From Chromera velia (lineage: Eukaryota): a DNA stretch of 57,364 nt. Positions 38,232 to 54,500 of this stretch are shown one piece after another. The notes under the pieces were generated by a model. It was not told where the DNA came from and ran no database searches. It worked only from the letters and a program-made list of their open reading frames with translations. Within the stretch, counting starts at the first letter, position 1. Each line of letters opens with the position of its first letter. The position numbers and the translations under genes were made by a program. The DNA lies in assembly GCA_018398765.1 (NCBI GenBank), contig JAHBMJ010000058.1, positions 1 to 57,364 of the forward strand. Direction: 5' to 3'.

Positions 38232-41200
38232 TTGATTGGTTACAAATTCACGGATCCAACCGGGGTCTAACTGAGTGCAAAGACGTTGGTCACTTCTGAA
38301 ATTTGTGTACTTCACAGTTTTAGCTAGGCTCATTTTTCTACATTTATACCGATTAGTACCTAAGTACCCATCAATATACCGATCAATTATCATAAGTCTG
38401 GGAAGAAGTTTATAGATACTAGCAAGTTACCGGATATAACTGCATCATCATTGTACATGTGAAGTAATGTGAAGTTATTCTATGATATAGATTTTTACTT
38501 AGCAAAAGTATGTACTATAGTATATTCAATATTATTTAACCTATTTTTTATTTTAACTTCAGTCTTGATCGTTCCGAACATACCGTGTGCTCAGTAACAG
38601 CTAGTAACAGCCTATAACAAGCCCAGTTTTTCAAAAGACATATATCAGGTGACTGCCTTATTGCGAACCTATTGCATTTCCACTGAGGCAGCGGTACTTG
38701 AAAATCATGCGTGCACGCAGAATTTTAATGTGAATTTCCTATATACTTCTCAGGGCCTTGGATTTACCCGAGACCACATCAAATATCCGTTGCCCATCGA
38801 GGATGCATACACAAAATTAATTCTCACATTTGCCTTGCCGCGCAAGTGCGCGCGAACAAACTTGTTTCGGAACATTTATTAATAATTTGTTAATTTCCCA
38901 TGCATTTTGTACGCATATATATACCGGAACTCAAATTATGCACAAGTTACTCAATATAGCTCAATCAGAACTGCAGGGGAACGCAATAGACAGCGGAAGA
39001 TCCTAGCTGGCCATCAAGAGGCACACCATATCACAGAGGAGTGCAGACCATTCTTTCCAAGAAGCTCTCTCAGATGGTTTTTGAAACTTACTTCTTACGG
39101 GCGCAAAAGAGATGTTCAGAGGTGTTGCGCAACAGGTCCCTCCTCGAAGTCTTTCCTTGCTCAAGCCGTTGCAGTCCTCTTTCTCCAGATATACTGAGGC
39201 GTTTGCCTTTCTCATTTCCTTCCCCAGTAGGTCTGTAGAAAGCCTTGGAAGAGTTTTAGGTTTTTTTTTGGAGGCTAGTTTGGAGGCCGACTCTCGCGCT
39301 TTTGATAACATATATAGGGCTTTTGCCCTTCTTCAATCTTCACTTATCTTTAGATACATCTTGAACTTGATGAGTTCCTTCTTCTTGCTCTCTCAGCGAT
39401 TTGCTGAGTCGAAGCCCAAATATAAATTGGATGTCCTCCATCCCGCTATTCTCTACTCAGGCACAGTCAATAAATGGACGCAACCCTAGTTCTTGACCTC
39501 GACCGCTTGTACGAGAGACCATCAACTGATAGAGATGTGCAAATGTTCTGGGAGAAAATTTTTGTCACAGAAGACCAACACAGCCACTCGCTGACGCCCG
39601 CCAAAGGTCAGGAAAGATCAGTTGGCTTCTTTTTCGTCTTCTTTTTCCTTGGTTGGTTGAGATTTGAAGTCACTGAGCTGTTTGAACACTGATTTCACAA
39701 ACGAGCGCGCGTTTTACGCACAAAAAGAAAGGATTGTATCTGCCAGGCAATTTACGTTTTCAGCCATAAACCTGCCCAGCTCTGCCACCATCTGATTGTC
39801 GTCCTCTTTTCTTCTCATACTCTCCGACTGCTTGTCAACAAGCGTCCTTCCTCCTTCCTCCTTCCCTCCTCCTCTTTCTAAGACTTATTTCGGTGACGTG
39901 TGTCCTCCATTGTTCTTGCGTGCAGACACGGATACGAGGGCATAGGGTGGTGCATTTGATCCCATCGAGGGCTGACAACAGATTTCAGGAGAGTGGAGAC
40001 AGCCAAAAGAACGGAAAGGAGGCAAACGAATCTTCTAAAACAGGTATAGGCTCAGCGACTTTCTGATTTCTGTGAGTATGAAAACACTAAAGGAAATTCG
40101 GGTTGCTGTGTGATTTTTTGAGTGGACTGGCTTCCTTCCCAGAAAGATTCGGCGGATGAGTTTTTCTGAAGCTCGGGTCTGGGGAAGCGTTGTCTTGTTG
40201 AGTGTGCCAACTCATTTCCTGGTTGGGTTTTTCTCAAAGGGATGAGGAGGCTTTGTGAGAACGTTCTGTGAGCTGACTGACTTCTAAAATGCGTAGCCTA
40301 GCAGAGTGTATTCAAGTGCATTGTTACATGCGTTGGGGCTGCACCGAGGGGTGTTGGGGAAAGATTTTTGTTGTAGCAGCCCATTTTACCTGTGCTGACT
40401 CGATTTCTATCTGTGAAAACTGAAAAGTCTCGGGAAGGCAGTGTTTTTTTTTTTTTTTTGCTGTGTTGAGGCCTAGAACTTCGTTCTGAAAGGTCTTCAG
40501 GAAGCGTTGTGTTGTTGATTATGCCGAGTCGAGGCCTGGCAGCGAATGCTAAAAGGCCGTTAGGAGGCTTTGTTCGTAGGTGTGGCTCCTACCAGGCTGT
40601 GTTTACCTGGCAGTCCCTGCACATAGCATCATACACCGTCCGTTTTCTTTCTCGTGCTTTGTGTACAGATTTCGATCTGAGAAGCGAGGAGACTTATTGA
40701 AGACGATAAACGGTGATGGCCGGACCATGAAAAACAGATGAGAGCAGCACGACTGGAATTCTAGAGATCATTTAACAGTTGTTCGGTGAAAGATGTACGG
40801 ACAGAGATGAGGAGATGCAAACTTTGTTGTTACAGACCCTCGAAACTTTTTGAGGACTGGACGTCAGCAGCAGGGCTGGCAGCATCGATGTTGCGTTTCC
40901 ATCAACGGACAAAATGATTGAGCCAAGTTGCCAGTCGTCTCATTGTTCCATAGAGGGGTATTCGCGATGGCAAAAAGAGGGCACCTAACATGATTCGCTC
41001 TGTTACTTCTGCCAAGCGGTATCACCGAATGGTCACTCTGAAACAAGGACAGGAGAAGGGAACAGAACAAGCACTCCCCTGCAGGACTTCAAGATCTTCT
41101 CCGCGGGTTACTCCCATTTGTGGCGGCGCTGTGCTGCGAAGTCTTTGGCCATGACTTTGAGCAACGGTCCTGCCTTCCTTGCTTCAGGTCAGTCAGTCAA

Positions 41201-41580
41201 CGGGGGGAATGGGGTTTAGGAGGGCTCTGGGGGGGTGAAAGTTCTTGAAAGCAAGCCTGTATTGGGGCTTTTTTCCGTCGGCGTACATCATGATGCATGC
41301 GGCTGCGTTGTTCCCAAAATCTTTTCATGCAAGTGGTAATGTACTTTCAAGCTCCGTCTCTGTGTTCCTTTCTCCCAGAGCCTGCCTTTTTGCTTTTGTT
41401 TTCTTTCAGTTTATCCGTCGATGACAGGTTGATTGATTGATCTGATTCGATGCTGACTGTATGTATGTACGTAATGGAGGGCCTGCGCGGGAGACGAGGG
41501 TGGTTGCAAAGGGATGGTACTGCGAAGTCAGTTGGGGAGTATGATCAATCAGTCGACCTCTCCTTCCTTCATCAACCTCT

Positions 41581-42600
41581 GCCATCTGTGCTCTTTCTTG
41601 CCCTTGATGCAGAAGGAGGGAGATGAAAGGATAGGGATGGAGGGGAAGAGACTCATCTGTGCATGCAGCCTTTGTGCAATCCGTTCGTCTCCTGTTTTGC
41701 CTCCAGCGACCATCACTCACATGCGCGTACTGAAGAGTCCCTTTGCATTGACCACACTACTCGGCATTTCCGCAGAGTGTGGCTACAGTCTGTAACTTTC
41801 TGTTCAAGAAATTCAGTTGACTGCAAGTGTGGTTTTTGCTCCTGTGGAATTGAAGAGATTGTTTCTCTCCGTGATCATACTGCAACAATCGTGTATTTTT
41901 GCTTTTTATCATGGTTGGTGCCGTTCTGCGTATGTGCAGGAAGCCTGGATGGATCTATCATCGAGCAAGAAGAGGGAGGCAGTGACCAGATACTTGGAGG
42001 AAGCGCGTGGTGGACCTGCTCGAAGAGTATGGCGGTACTTCTGGGGCATCCACTTGATACGTCTGTCCAGTTGCAGGGTCTGTTGCGTATCTGTGTGTGA
42101 GTGAGTCTGGCTGTTCACGAGTGGCTGCTCTGCGCTGGTCTGTTTCTTTGTGTGATCTCCTTAGCCAGTCTCTTTGGTTCGGTTTGGTTTGGTTTGGTTT
42201 CCCCTCTTGAAGCCGCCTCAAAAGGGTGTCCACTGGTGAGACACATGTACAGGTGCGGTCTGAGGATACCGTGTGGTCACTTGAGGGGGGCCACACGTTC
42301 AGAACGCCCTCTTCTATAGCGAATGAGCTGAGAAGGGCTTACGAGGACAAGTAGGGTGGGGAGGTCGGTTGAGCCTCTTTGCCTGCCTCGATCTGGAGCC
42401 GAGGATAGACTGCACGGACCGTAGGTGCGACATCTGCTGGTAGACCTCTAGAAAGACCGTGTTTCACCCTATCTTATCTTGCTGGAGCCAGTCTTGCCGT
42501 CTGTGCTCTTTGTTGCCTTTGATGCAGAAGGAGGGAGAAGAAAGGAAAGGGGGGGAGGGGAGCAAACTCACATGTGCATCCAGCCTTTGTGCAATGCAGG
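41581..42600 (+). repeat. Diverged ~100-bp direct repeat (41581-41680 and 42497-42600)
   Basis: Shared CTGTGCTCTTT..TTGATGCAGAAGGAGGGAGA..CAGCCTTTGTGCAAT. Confidence 0.75.
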
Positions 42601-43110
42601 ATCGACCGGTAGCCACCGGCCAGCATGTCGCAGCATATCAACACGGACCTCTGTACAGATCTTCGATGATGGATCAGTCCTGAAGAGGAGCCCTGGAGCC
42701 TGGAAGGGCGGGTGGCGGGGGGTCCTCAATCTTCCGCCGTAACCAGCATCACTTCTTGGGGTCAGTCAGTCTGAGAGTCTGCATTGAAGAGAGGTGTTTG
42801 GGGGAACCAATGTGAGGGTGCTCTATGTGTTTGCAGGCTTGCTGTCTATCTGTTATCTTTCTGTAGGAAGGAAGAACCTGGGAGGGGTCGCTCGGTCACG
42901 ATCAATCAATAAAGCTCAAGCGCCCTGAACGTTCTCTGCCTGCCGTGTTTACTGGATGCACTGCAGTGGGTCTGCCTGGTCTTTGTTCTTGTGAGGACGA
43001 AAATGAAAAAAAGATTGAAATTTGTAGGACGCTTTGGGGGTATTGCAGGATGTGCATGCTTTTTGTGCTTTGAAGATGGAGATAAAACCATGGGCTTGGC
43101 CGCGCACCCC

Positions 43111-44618
43111 CAGTAGCCTCTACATATACAGTACTTTCTTCATGCGTTGTCTGCAGGGGGTGATGGTCTGGAACAACCACCGGCAGAGGATTTTTTCGGG
43201 ATCGATGCGGAGTAGGAGGGACAGAATGGAGCAGCACGGCAACGCGGAGGTCGAAGCCTCTCTGGGAGTAGTTATTTCTGCCAGAGCGGAGGGAAAGCGG
43301 GTCTTGTCTCAGCCTGACATGCGCCGTCAGCGCTTTGATTTGACCGACTATGCTTTTCCAGCAACCGACAATCAAGAGACTGCGTACGTCCCTGCACCAG
43401 TCGTCAGTTGCTTTACAGAGGGGAGTCATGAGGTGAATCGGCTGCGGCTGTCTGCCTGAGAAGGGTGGCTATATTCTATGCCTTTCTGGATTGAATCAAG
43501 GCACAGGACGGGGAGGGTAGCAGTTCGCAAAAGGGGGCAGTGTCTCTGTTTCCTACCGCTGTACGCACGTAAGTGTTCACAGCCCACCGGTAGAGAAACA
43601 GGGCCCCCCCTGCGGCTGTTGCCTTGCCCGTGGTAGTAGCCCCCAACTCCCCTGCTGGGTCGCTCTGAAAGAATGAATTGACGGTGTATGAGAGCCTGGT
43701 GGACAGTTGCCAATGGTCTTCTTCGGTTAGTCGAAGCTTGAAAAGCAAAAAGGACTTTAGGGAACAGAATCACTTCTTCGTTTTTTTTTTTCTGGTCGAG
43801 CTTTTCTTCCCCCAGCTGAACTCAAATTCTCTCTTAGATCTTCTCAATGAAGCTTTTACGGTTTAAAACTTTGCAAATTCTTCCCTTCGTTTTCTCTTGC
43901 TCGTTCTCTCTCGCTTTGACAGAATCTTTATGGGTGTGCATGTCTGTACGTGTGCACGTGTGCTGGTGGCTGTCACCGTCCAAGCCTGTTCTTCAAAAAG
44001 GATTGTTCTGTAAAACCCTGGCTATGTTCGTTCAGTAGTCTTTACATACACAGTGTTTTCCTTATACGTTGTCCACAGGGGGTGATGGTCTGGAACAACC
44101 ACCGGCAGAGGATTTTTTTGGGATCGATGTGGAGTAGGAGGGACAGAATGGAGCAGCACGGCAACGCGGAGGTCGAAGCCTCTCTGGGAGTAGTTATTTC
44201 TGTTAGAGCGGAGGGAAAGTGGGTCTTGTCTCAGCCTGACGTGCATTGTCAGCGCTTTGATTTGACCGACTATGCTTTTCCAGCAACCGACAATCAAGAG
44301 ACTGCATGCCTCTCTGCACCAGTCGTCAGTTGCTTTACAGAGGGGAGTCGTGAGGTGAATCGGCTGCGGCTGTCTGCTTGAGAGGGGTAGCTACATTCTA
44401 CGCCTTTCCGGATTGAATCAAGGCACAGGACGGGGAGGGTGGCAGTTCGCAAAAGGGGGCAGTGTCTCTGTTTCCTACCGCCGTGCGTACGTAAGTGTTC
44501 ACAGCCCGCCGGTAGAGAAACAGGGCCCCCTCTGCGGCTGTTGCCTTACCCGTAGTAGTGGCCCCCAACTCCCCTACTGGGTCGCTCTGAAAGAATGAAT
44601 TGACGGTGCGTGGGAGCC
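43111..44618 (+). repeat. ~585-bp direct duplication (43111-43696 and 44033-44618) of an exon-like segment
   Basis: Both copies read (c)ag|GVMVWNNHRQRIF..EVNRLRLSA* with scattered substitutions; period 922 bp. Confidence 0.9.
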
Positions 44619-45054
44619 TTCTGGGCAGTGGAACCTCTTTGGTCAGTGAGGGACTGAAACAAAAAAAGATAATTTTGCTCAGGTTTTCCTCGTACTGTTT
44701 TATTTCCTGAGGGCTGCAGCTGCCTCTTTCTTTCTCATCCACCTGGTAGTAATTCTAATTTCATGGCCGTTTGTCTATACTTTATTTTAGGCTTGAAGTA
44801 TCTTTACAACAGACACTTTCTTTTTTTCTTGTTTATTGAGTACAGGTCTGGTAACTTGGGAACAAAGGAGATTGATGCCTTCATCGAATCTTTCTGTTAT
44901 GCACGTAAAATACTGGATAAGGAGAAAGAAGACTTCAATGAAAGTTTATAAAGAAAACCAACTTTAATTATATTTTCAAATATTTTTATCTGATCTGAAC
45001 CATTAATAGTGATCAATTAATCTGTGTATATTTGTGTAAATCTATGCAATCATT

Positions 45055-45247
45055 CGTATGCCGGGGCCCGCCGGGTTCTTTTTGCCCCCCCAAAGCGGCG
45101 CTTCGCCGCCAAAAACTCGACTGAACCAACCAAGTGGCCTCCAGAGCTGAAAGTTGGGGGATTTCTTACCTATCCCACTTCCATCAATTCTATGGAACAG
45201 AATCTCCAGACTTCAACTATAGCTAGTGCACTAGCAGTTTCCTGTTT
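45055..45247 (+). repeat. Left TIR (~193 bp)
   Basis: Reverse-complement match to 50789-50993; contains a GCGGCG-CTT-CGCCGC hairpin. Confidence 0.92.
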
Positions 45248-45295
45248 GCCAGTTTGTTTTTTAAAAAAAATTCGTGTCCGCTCCCTTCCGTCTCC

Positions 45296-46818
45296 ATGGC
45301 TGCTGAAAGTGTGGAGGCAGCCATCGCGGCAGTGAGGCAGTGCAGAAGCATATTTCCGGATGAGGGACCCATCACGGCCCTAATTTTAGCGTTGGAAGGA
45401 AAGTCGGCCCCCCCAGAAGAGAAGAAAGACGGAGTCCTTAAATTGTTTGACTCGCTCCAATCGAAGATGACCAACTCTTTCTCTGTTTTGTTCGAAAATC
45501 TGCTCTCGTCGACAATGCGGAGGCCTGAGTACGGGGCCAGGGAGGCCCCAAAAGAAATCCCAGGGCACTGGGTTGTGAGAGGCTAGGCCTTTTTTGACTT
45601 ATGCAAAGATGAATTCAATGAATTTCACGATTCATTGAATTGGTTGTCCTACAGATTGTACGTGTCGAACGGCCTCAAGTGCTTCGCGTTGAAGTGCCGA
45701 GTCCTCTCGCTTGCTACTTACCTGACGGACATTCTGACGGGGTTCCTCGGACCTCACTACGTGTGGGGGAGGGTCGTTCTGGGACTGGGGGAAGTAGATG
45801 CGTCAGCCGAGTAGGACGACATTCCGAAAGGTGATTCGATACATCTTTCTCCCCCAATGAAGCAGTGCTGGTCACACTGCGGAGGGGTGTTTGGACCGGG
45901 GAAACGGAAGAATGGGTACATGGATGCATGAGTGCATGAACAGATGGATGGACCCTGCCTGCCTACCTGTACTTGCCTGCCTGCCTCTCTGCCCAGCTGC
46001 CCGCCTGCCTGCCTGCCTGCCTTGCGTGCCTTGCCTGCCTGCCTGTCTGCCTTGCCTTGCCAGGCTTGCCTGCCTGCCTGCCTGCCTGCCTGCCTTGCCT
46101 GTCTGCCTTGCCTGCCTACCTTGCCTGCCTACCTTGTCTGCCTGCCTTGTCTGCCTGCCTGTCTGCCGGGCTGTTCGCCTGCCTGCCTGCCTGGTGATGA
46201 ATGGAGGGATGAATGACTTGATGGTGTATGTGCGCCTCTGTGAGTGCAGAGGTGATTTGTGGAGTGGATCCTGTGTTCGACGTGACGGACGAGAGGATGC
46301 GTGCCTTGCTGACGACGAACTACAACCCCGAGGAGGAGGTGACCTTGGAGGAAGAAGGAGTGGAGGGAGGAGGGGGGAAGAAGAGAAAGCTGAAGAAAAG
46401 GCAGCCCCGAAATGATGCGAAGAGGTGGAAGGCAGTGGAACGCCTCCTCAAGATGGAGGCCGTCCAATTCAGGACAGCCATAGAGCGCCCCTACGTTGTC
46501 CGTCTGAGGGGAAAGGCGATCCAGGGTGTGCTACCTGGGTTGCAGGTCGATGCCGTCTTCAACCGATGGTTCGGAGTGGAGGGGGGGGTAGCAAGACGGC
46601 TCCTTCGTCCTTCTATTTATATGTCGTTCAGCAGCAGCAGGGTGGGGTCGGCGTCCCTTCACCTGGTGTATGATGTCCCAGACAACCCTGCAGCAATGGA
46701 GTGGGTGACGTTTGTGGCCTCTTCTTCTTCTTCTGTTGCACCAGCACCTGCAGCAGCGGCTGCAGCAAGAGCAGGTGTCCTTCAGGTGGCTTGGAGTGGT
46801 CCGCCACTCCCTTTTTAG
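45296..46818 (+). pseudogene. Transposon-borne partner gene of unknown function (3 exons, ~365 aa, one in-frame TGA)
   Basis: Exons ~45296-45571, 45655-45915, 46252-46818 with GT-AG introns. TGA at 45832 inside ER*FDTSF. Basic NLS-like KKRKLKKR after an acidic patch. Confidence 0.7.
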
Positions 46819-47255
46819 CCTTCGGCGCCCGCAGAGGATTCGGCCGATGACGGACAGGATAAAGTCTACTTTGATTTTGATGTTTGAGTCATTGAGGTTT
46901 GAGGTTTGATTTTAAACAAAAAACCGTTCATTTAAATTCTATTTTAAATTTTAATTTATGCTTAAAGTATACTTATAATTTAAATTCTTTTTGATCGAAG
47001 TATAAAATTTAAACTGAGAAATTCTAGTTTGAAATATAGTTGACGGTTAATGTATTTCATTTAAATTATAGTTTATATGCTTTATGTATACTTTATTTAT
47101 TGATTTATAAATTCTAGTTAAAAATATAGTTGACGGTTGATATCAATGCTATGCTATGCTACGCAAATATACGTCACCTGAATCTACTTAATTTAAATTA
47201 GAGTTTAAATGACTTAAAATTTAATGCTTAAAATTTATATGCTATTAATTTTTTT

Positions 47256-50703
<3,448 letters not shown>

Positions 50704-50788
50704 CGCGGCTTGCAACACGGCTCAGTCTGGAACTGAGCTCAAACAACAGTGAACAACACCTCAGAAATAAAAGTCTATACACATTGCT

Positions 50789-50993
50789 AAACAGGAAACT
50801 GCTGGTGCAGAGGCTATAGGTTGAGTCTGCAAATTCTGTTCTATAGAATTGATGAGAGTGGGATGGGTGAGAAATCTCCCAACTTTCAGCTCTGGAGGCC
50901 ACTTGGTTGGTTCAGTTGAGTTTTCGGCGGCGAAGCGCCGCCTACATATGGGCGGGGGGGGGCAAAAAGGAACCCGGCGGGCCCCGGCATACG
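50789..50993 (-). repeat. Right TIR (~205 bp)
   Basis: Mirror of the left TIR, with 12 extra bp between the terminal block and the hairpin. Confidence 0.92.
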
Positions 50994-51552
50994 TTTGGCA
51001 TTATGTCTGATGTGTCAGTTGTTTCTTATTACTACTTACTAGACAACTGAGTATTAGAGTTGAGTTTCATTTCATCAATTTTTTAAAGAACAGTAAAAAG
51101 CCTATACTCTATAAAGCCTAATTAAGCCGAAGTATTTTTTTAAAGCTTAGAAAGTTGCTTAATTCAAGGCTTGACATTAGGGCAGGAGGCCAATCCTCCA
51201 GACATTAATCTTATCCTATCGATCCTATCTTATTTTACAGTCTAACTCTAGGTCTAACTTGAAACTACATAAAGTGGACCTTTAAAAGTTTTGAGCTTAT
51301 TTCAGCTAAAGTGACTTAGCCTAAAGTCTCGGCTAAAGTGGGAGTCTCACCATTTTATTATAAAATTGGAAAACTATGTTTGGACCACCCTTGGGCACAA
51401 TGTTAATTCAAAATGCTTTTTATTTAAGTTTATATTGATCTGATCGAATAAGAAAGCTATTATTTTTGCCCAATTTCCCAGTCAATTGCAAACTTCAGAA
51501 AACTAGCCGTCTTTCAAATCTAGTTTCAAATTTTTTGATCAAGAGATTTCGA

Positions 51553-54500
51553 TCATCGCAGACCACGCATCCTGGGTTCTTTCCCTGTCGAGCTCCATCC
51601 TGATGAGCCCTTTCTCTCTCCCGACCCCGGAGGTTCCCACTCCTCCCCGTCTTCTCCCATTTCCCCCCTGAACTCGGACATCCGAGCCGGATCAATGTCG
51701 TCATCGTCCAAGTCCCCATCCTCACGCCTACTCAGTTCCCCCCCTACCCCCCCTCCCGGCTGTTCATACCAGGAAGGATTCTCCTGAGACCCCGACACAG
51801 GGTTCCTCCCTCTCTGAACTTCCTGATCCTTCAGGTATCGCTCCACCTCCTCAATGTCTGCAAACGCTGCTGCCTCTTGAAGAGAGTGAGGGGACGGCGG
51901 CTGTTGCTGCCCTGAGTAGAACTCGGAGATGTCAAAGATATTCGAACTCTGCGGTCCACCTTCCCAATCAACAGCGGCAGCCCCTGTCACAGACCGCGCC
52001 TTTGCTGCTGCTTCCCCTACTTTCCATTCTATGGCCGTCTCTGAGGCTTCCCTTTCCTTCTGCATCATCTTCTGCATCAACTCCTCCTGCGTCATCATAT
52101 CCCCGTCGGGAGTTGCATACAAAAAGTCAGATTCATCATCTACCCCCCCGACCGAGCTCGAAATTCTCTTTGTCTGCTCCTCTTCACCCTCCTTTCCTTC
52201 TCCCCCCGCAAACCCTCTCAACAACCCCGACATCTTTTGCTTCTGTACCCATGCACGGACATCCTTTGCAGATACTGCCCCTTTCCCTCCCCCCGCTGCT
52301 GCAAGCATGTTTCCGATCTGCGCAACATCCATGTCCTCCCCATTTTCCCTACCCCCCCCCTCATTCTCAGCAGAATCCCCAATCAATGTTTCAATCAACT
52401 CACGGTCTGCCGTCTCCTGTTTACCCTCTCTCCACAATGCCAAATCGTCCTCCCCGAATTTCTGCTCAAGTGCCAATTGCTCAAACTGGTCCTTCATATG
52501 CTTCGGGACTGGGCGCACGGGGGTGAGGGGACGGTGCATTTCCCCCACACGGTGACTCTCGGGTTCCCACTCCGTTCCCGCAAAGGGTCCTCTCGTTGGA
52601 GTTTTTGGAAGACCCGTCAAGGGGTCCGTCTCGATAGGGTCAGGTACCAGACGGGACCTCTTCCCGAAAGTCTCAGCAATATCGTTCATCCTTGCCATGT
52701 CATCCTGTGTCCTGTTGTACATTCTCTCTGCAGCCATACCTTCCCTTTTGTACCTCTCGTACGCATCCCTTTCCTCTAAAGACATTTGAGTCATGTCGTA
52801 ATCAACAGGTTGTCGCAACCCCTTCTCGTCTCTCTGTATCGACAGGGGGAAACGGGTGGCGTGATCCTTGAACAGAGCTTCCTTTTCTGTTGGCGTCAGC
52901 TTCTTGTACTTTTTGGCAAATTTCAAGAATACTTTGCTGAGCTCGGGAGTGAGACTCTCAGGAACCTCTGAAGCGTCTTCTCTAACGAGGTCAACAAAGT
53001 CAGGAGTCTGCATCAAGGCAGGCAGGTTCTGACGAATATATTCATCGTCAGTCACATTCAACCGACTGCCCCGGGGGGGCAAGAGACCCCGAATGCGAAG
53101 AAGCTCTCTCTTGACCCGATCGTCTACCGGCTGCTCAAGGGGAACAGCTTGGAAATTCGGTTCATCGTCCTCCGCTCTTGCCCTCTTCTTCTCTTCATCT
53201 TCTGAGAACAAAGGAGACACGAGATTTCTGCTTTGGAGACTCTCTTTCGTTGCAACTTCCCCCCTCTTTCTTCTCTCTTCCTCTTCTTCAGCCTCATCTT
53301 CCTTCACCAAGGCCGACAGATCGGCCACCTCCTTCAACGCCGTCTGGATTTTGGCGGGTGTCATCTTGGCTGTGCGGAGGGAGTTGGGAAGAACGGAGAG
53401 GGACTCAAGTGCTGCTGCTTCTTTTGTCTTTGGGAGACCTTCAAGGGCCGTCAGGTTAACGAGTTTTCGGAAGAAATACTTGTCTGGAGGGTTCGGCTGG
53501 AAACCCCCATCATACACAGGATGGAAGGGCAACAATAAATTCCCATTCTCGTCCCGTGGTGCAGGGACGACTTCAGCTAGTGTTCTTGAGGGGTCTCTCG
53601 GATCTTGGGTCTCTGCTCGCATCTCGTCTGTGATGAACCCAGTGTTGATAGGGAAGTGCTTCCCCCCCCTTTTGTTTTTCGTTAGAGACCCCTCGAGTGC
53701 ATCATCAGATGAATGGGGCCAGGAGGCCGCATCCCGACGTCTCTTTTCCTGTGCGTTCTTGAAGGACTGCCGCATGGAGCGCTTCATCATCGTCATGCCT
53801 GCTTCATGCAAGGCTGCACGTACATACTCTTCAGTGGTCATGTTGACTGCCGTTGAGTTGGAAAAGAGGACGGAAGAGGCAAGGGAACCTCTCTGTTCGG
53901 CCTCTCTCTCACGAATCGCATACTCCTCAGCAGACACCTCACTTCTCTCCTCCCTCTCCTGCTCCACAGCACCCTGTACTTCAGTGCGGTTTACTGACAC
54001 GTTCTTGGATGCGGGTATGAAAGGATCAAAGGCCTCGAGCTCTAGGCCGGCCTTCTGCTTTTCACCTTCGTCTGCTGCTTCTGCTGTTGCTGTGTCGTTT
54101 TCGGGGTTCAAAGAGAAATCTGCAAATGGAACGTCTTCAACCATCTCAACAATACGCAAAACCTCCTCACGGGCTGCCTCTGTGTCTGTGGCATTCCCCG
54201 TCTCTTCGGACGGAGAAGAAAATTCCAAGTCAACAAACGACCGTAAAGCCTCACGAACGGACCCACCCCCCTTGGCTTGTTTCTCTTTTGACTGACGCAC
54301 GAACTCTTCCACTTCCTTTGCCTCCTGCTCTTCTTCAGCAGTCGGGACAGGAGCTCCCTGTTCCTCCTGCAGACTTCTCAAATCATCCCTCTCAGCCTCC
54401 CATGTCGGGATGGCAAGTTTTCTTTCCGCCGCTCTGTTGCGCTGCGCGGACTGTTTCATCAATTTTCGGATCTCTTGAAGGGATTCTGCGTCAAGACCCG

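Noticed and set aside
43156..43459. Tc1/IS630 transposase suggested by VMVW
   Set aside because: No other DDE motifs are present nearby.
45296..46818. Calling the partner gene RAG2
   Set aside because: No kelch repeats or PHD Cys/His pattern visible; only its position matches.
53093..54295. 400-aa plus-strand ORF and neighbouring ORFs
   Set aside because: Antisense shadows of the long minus-strand exon.
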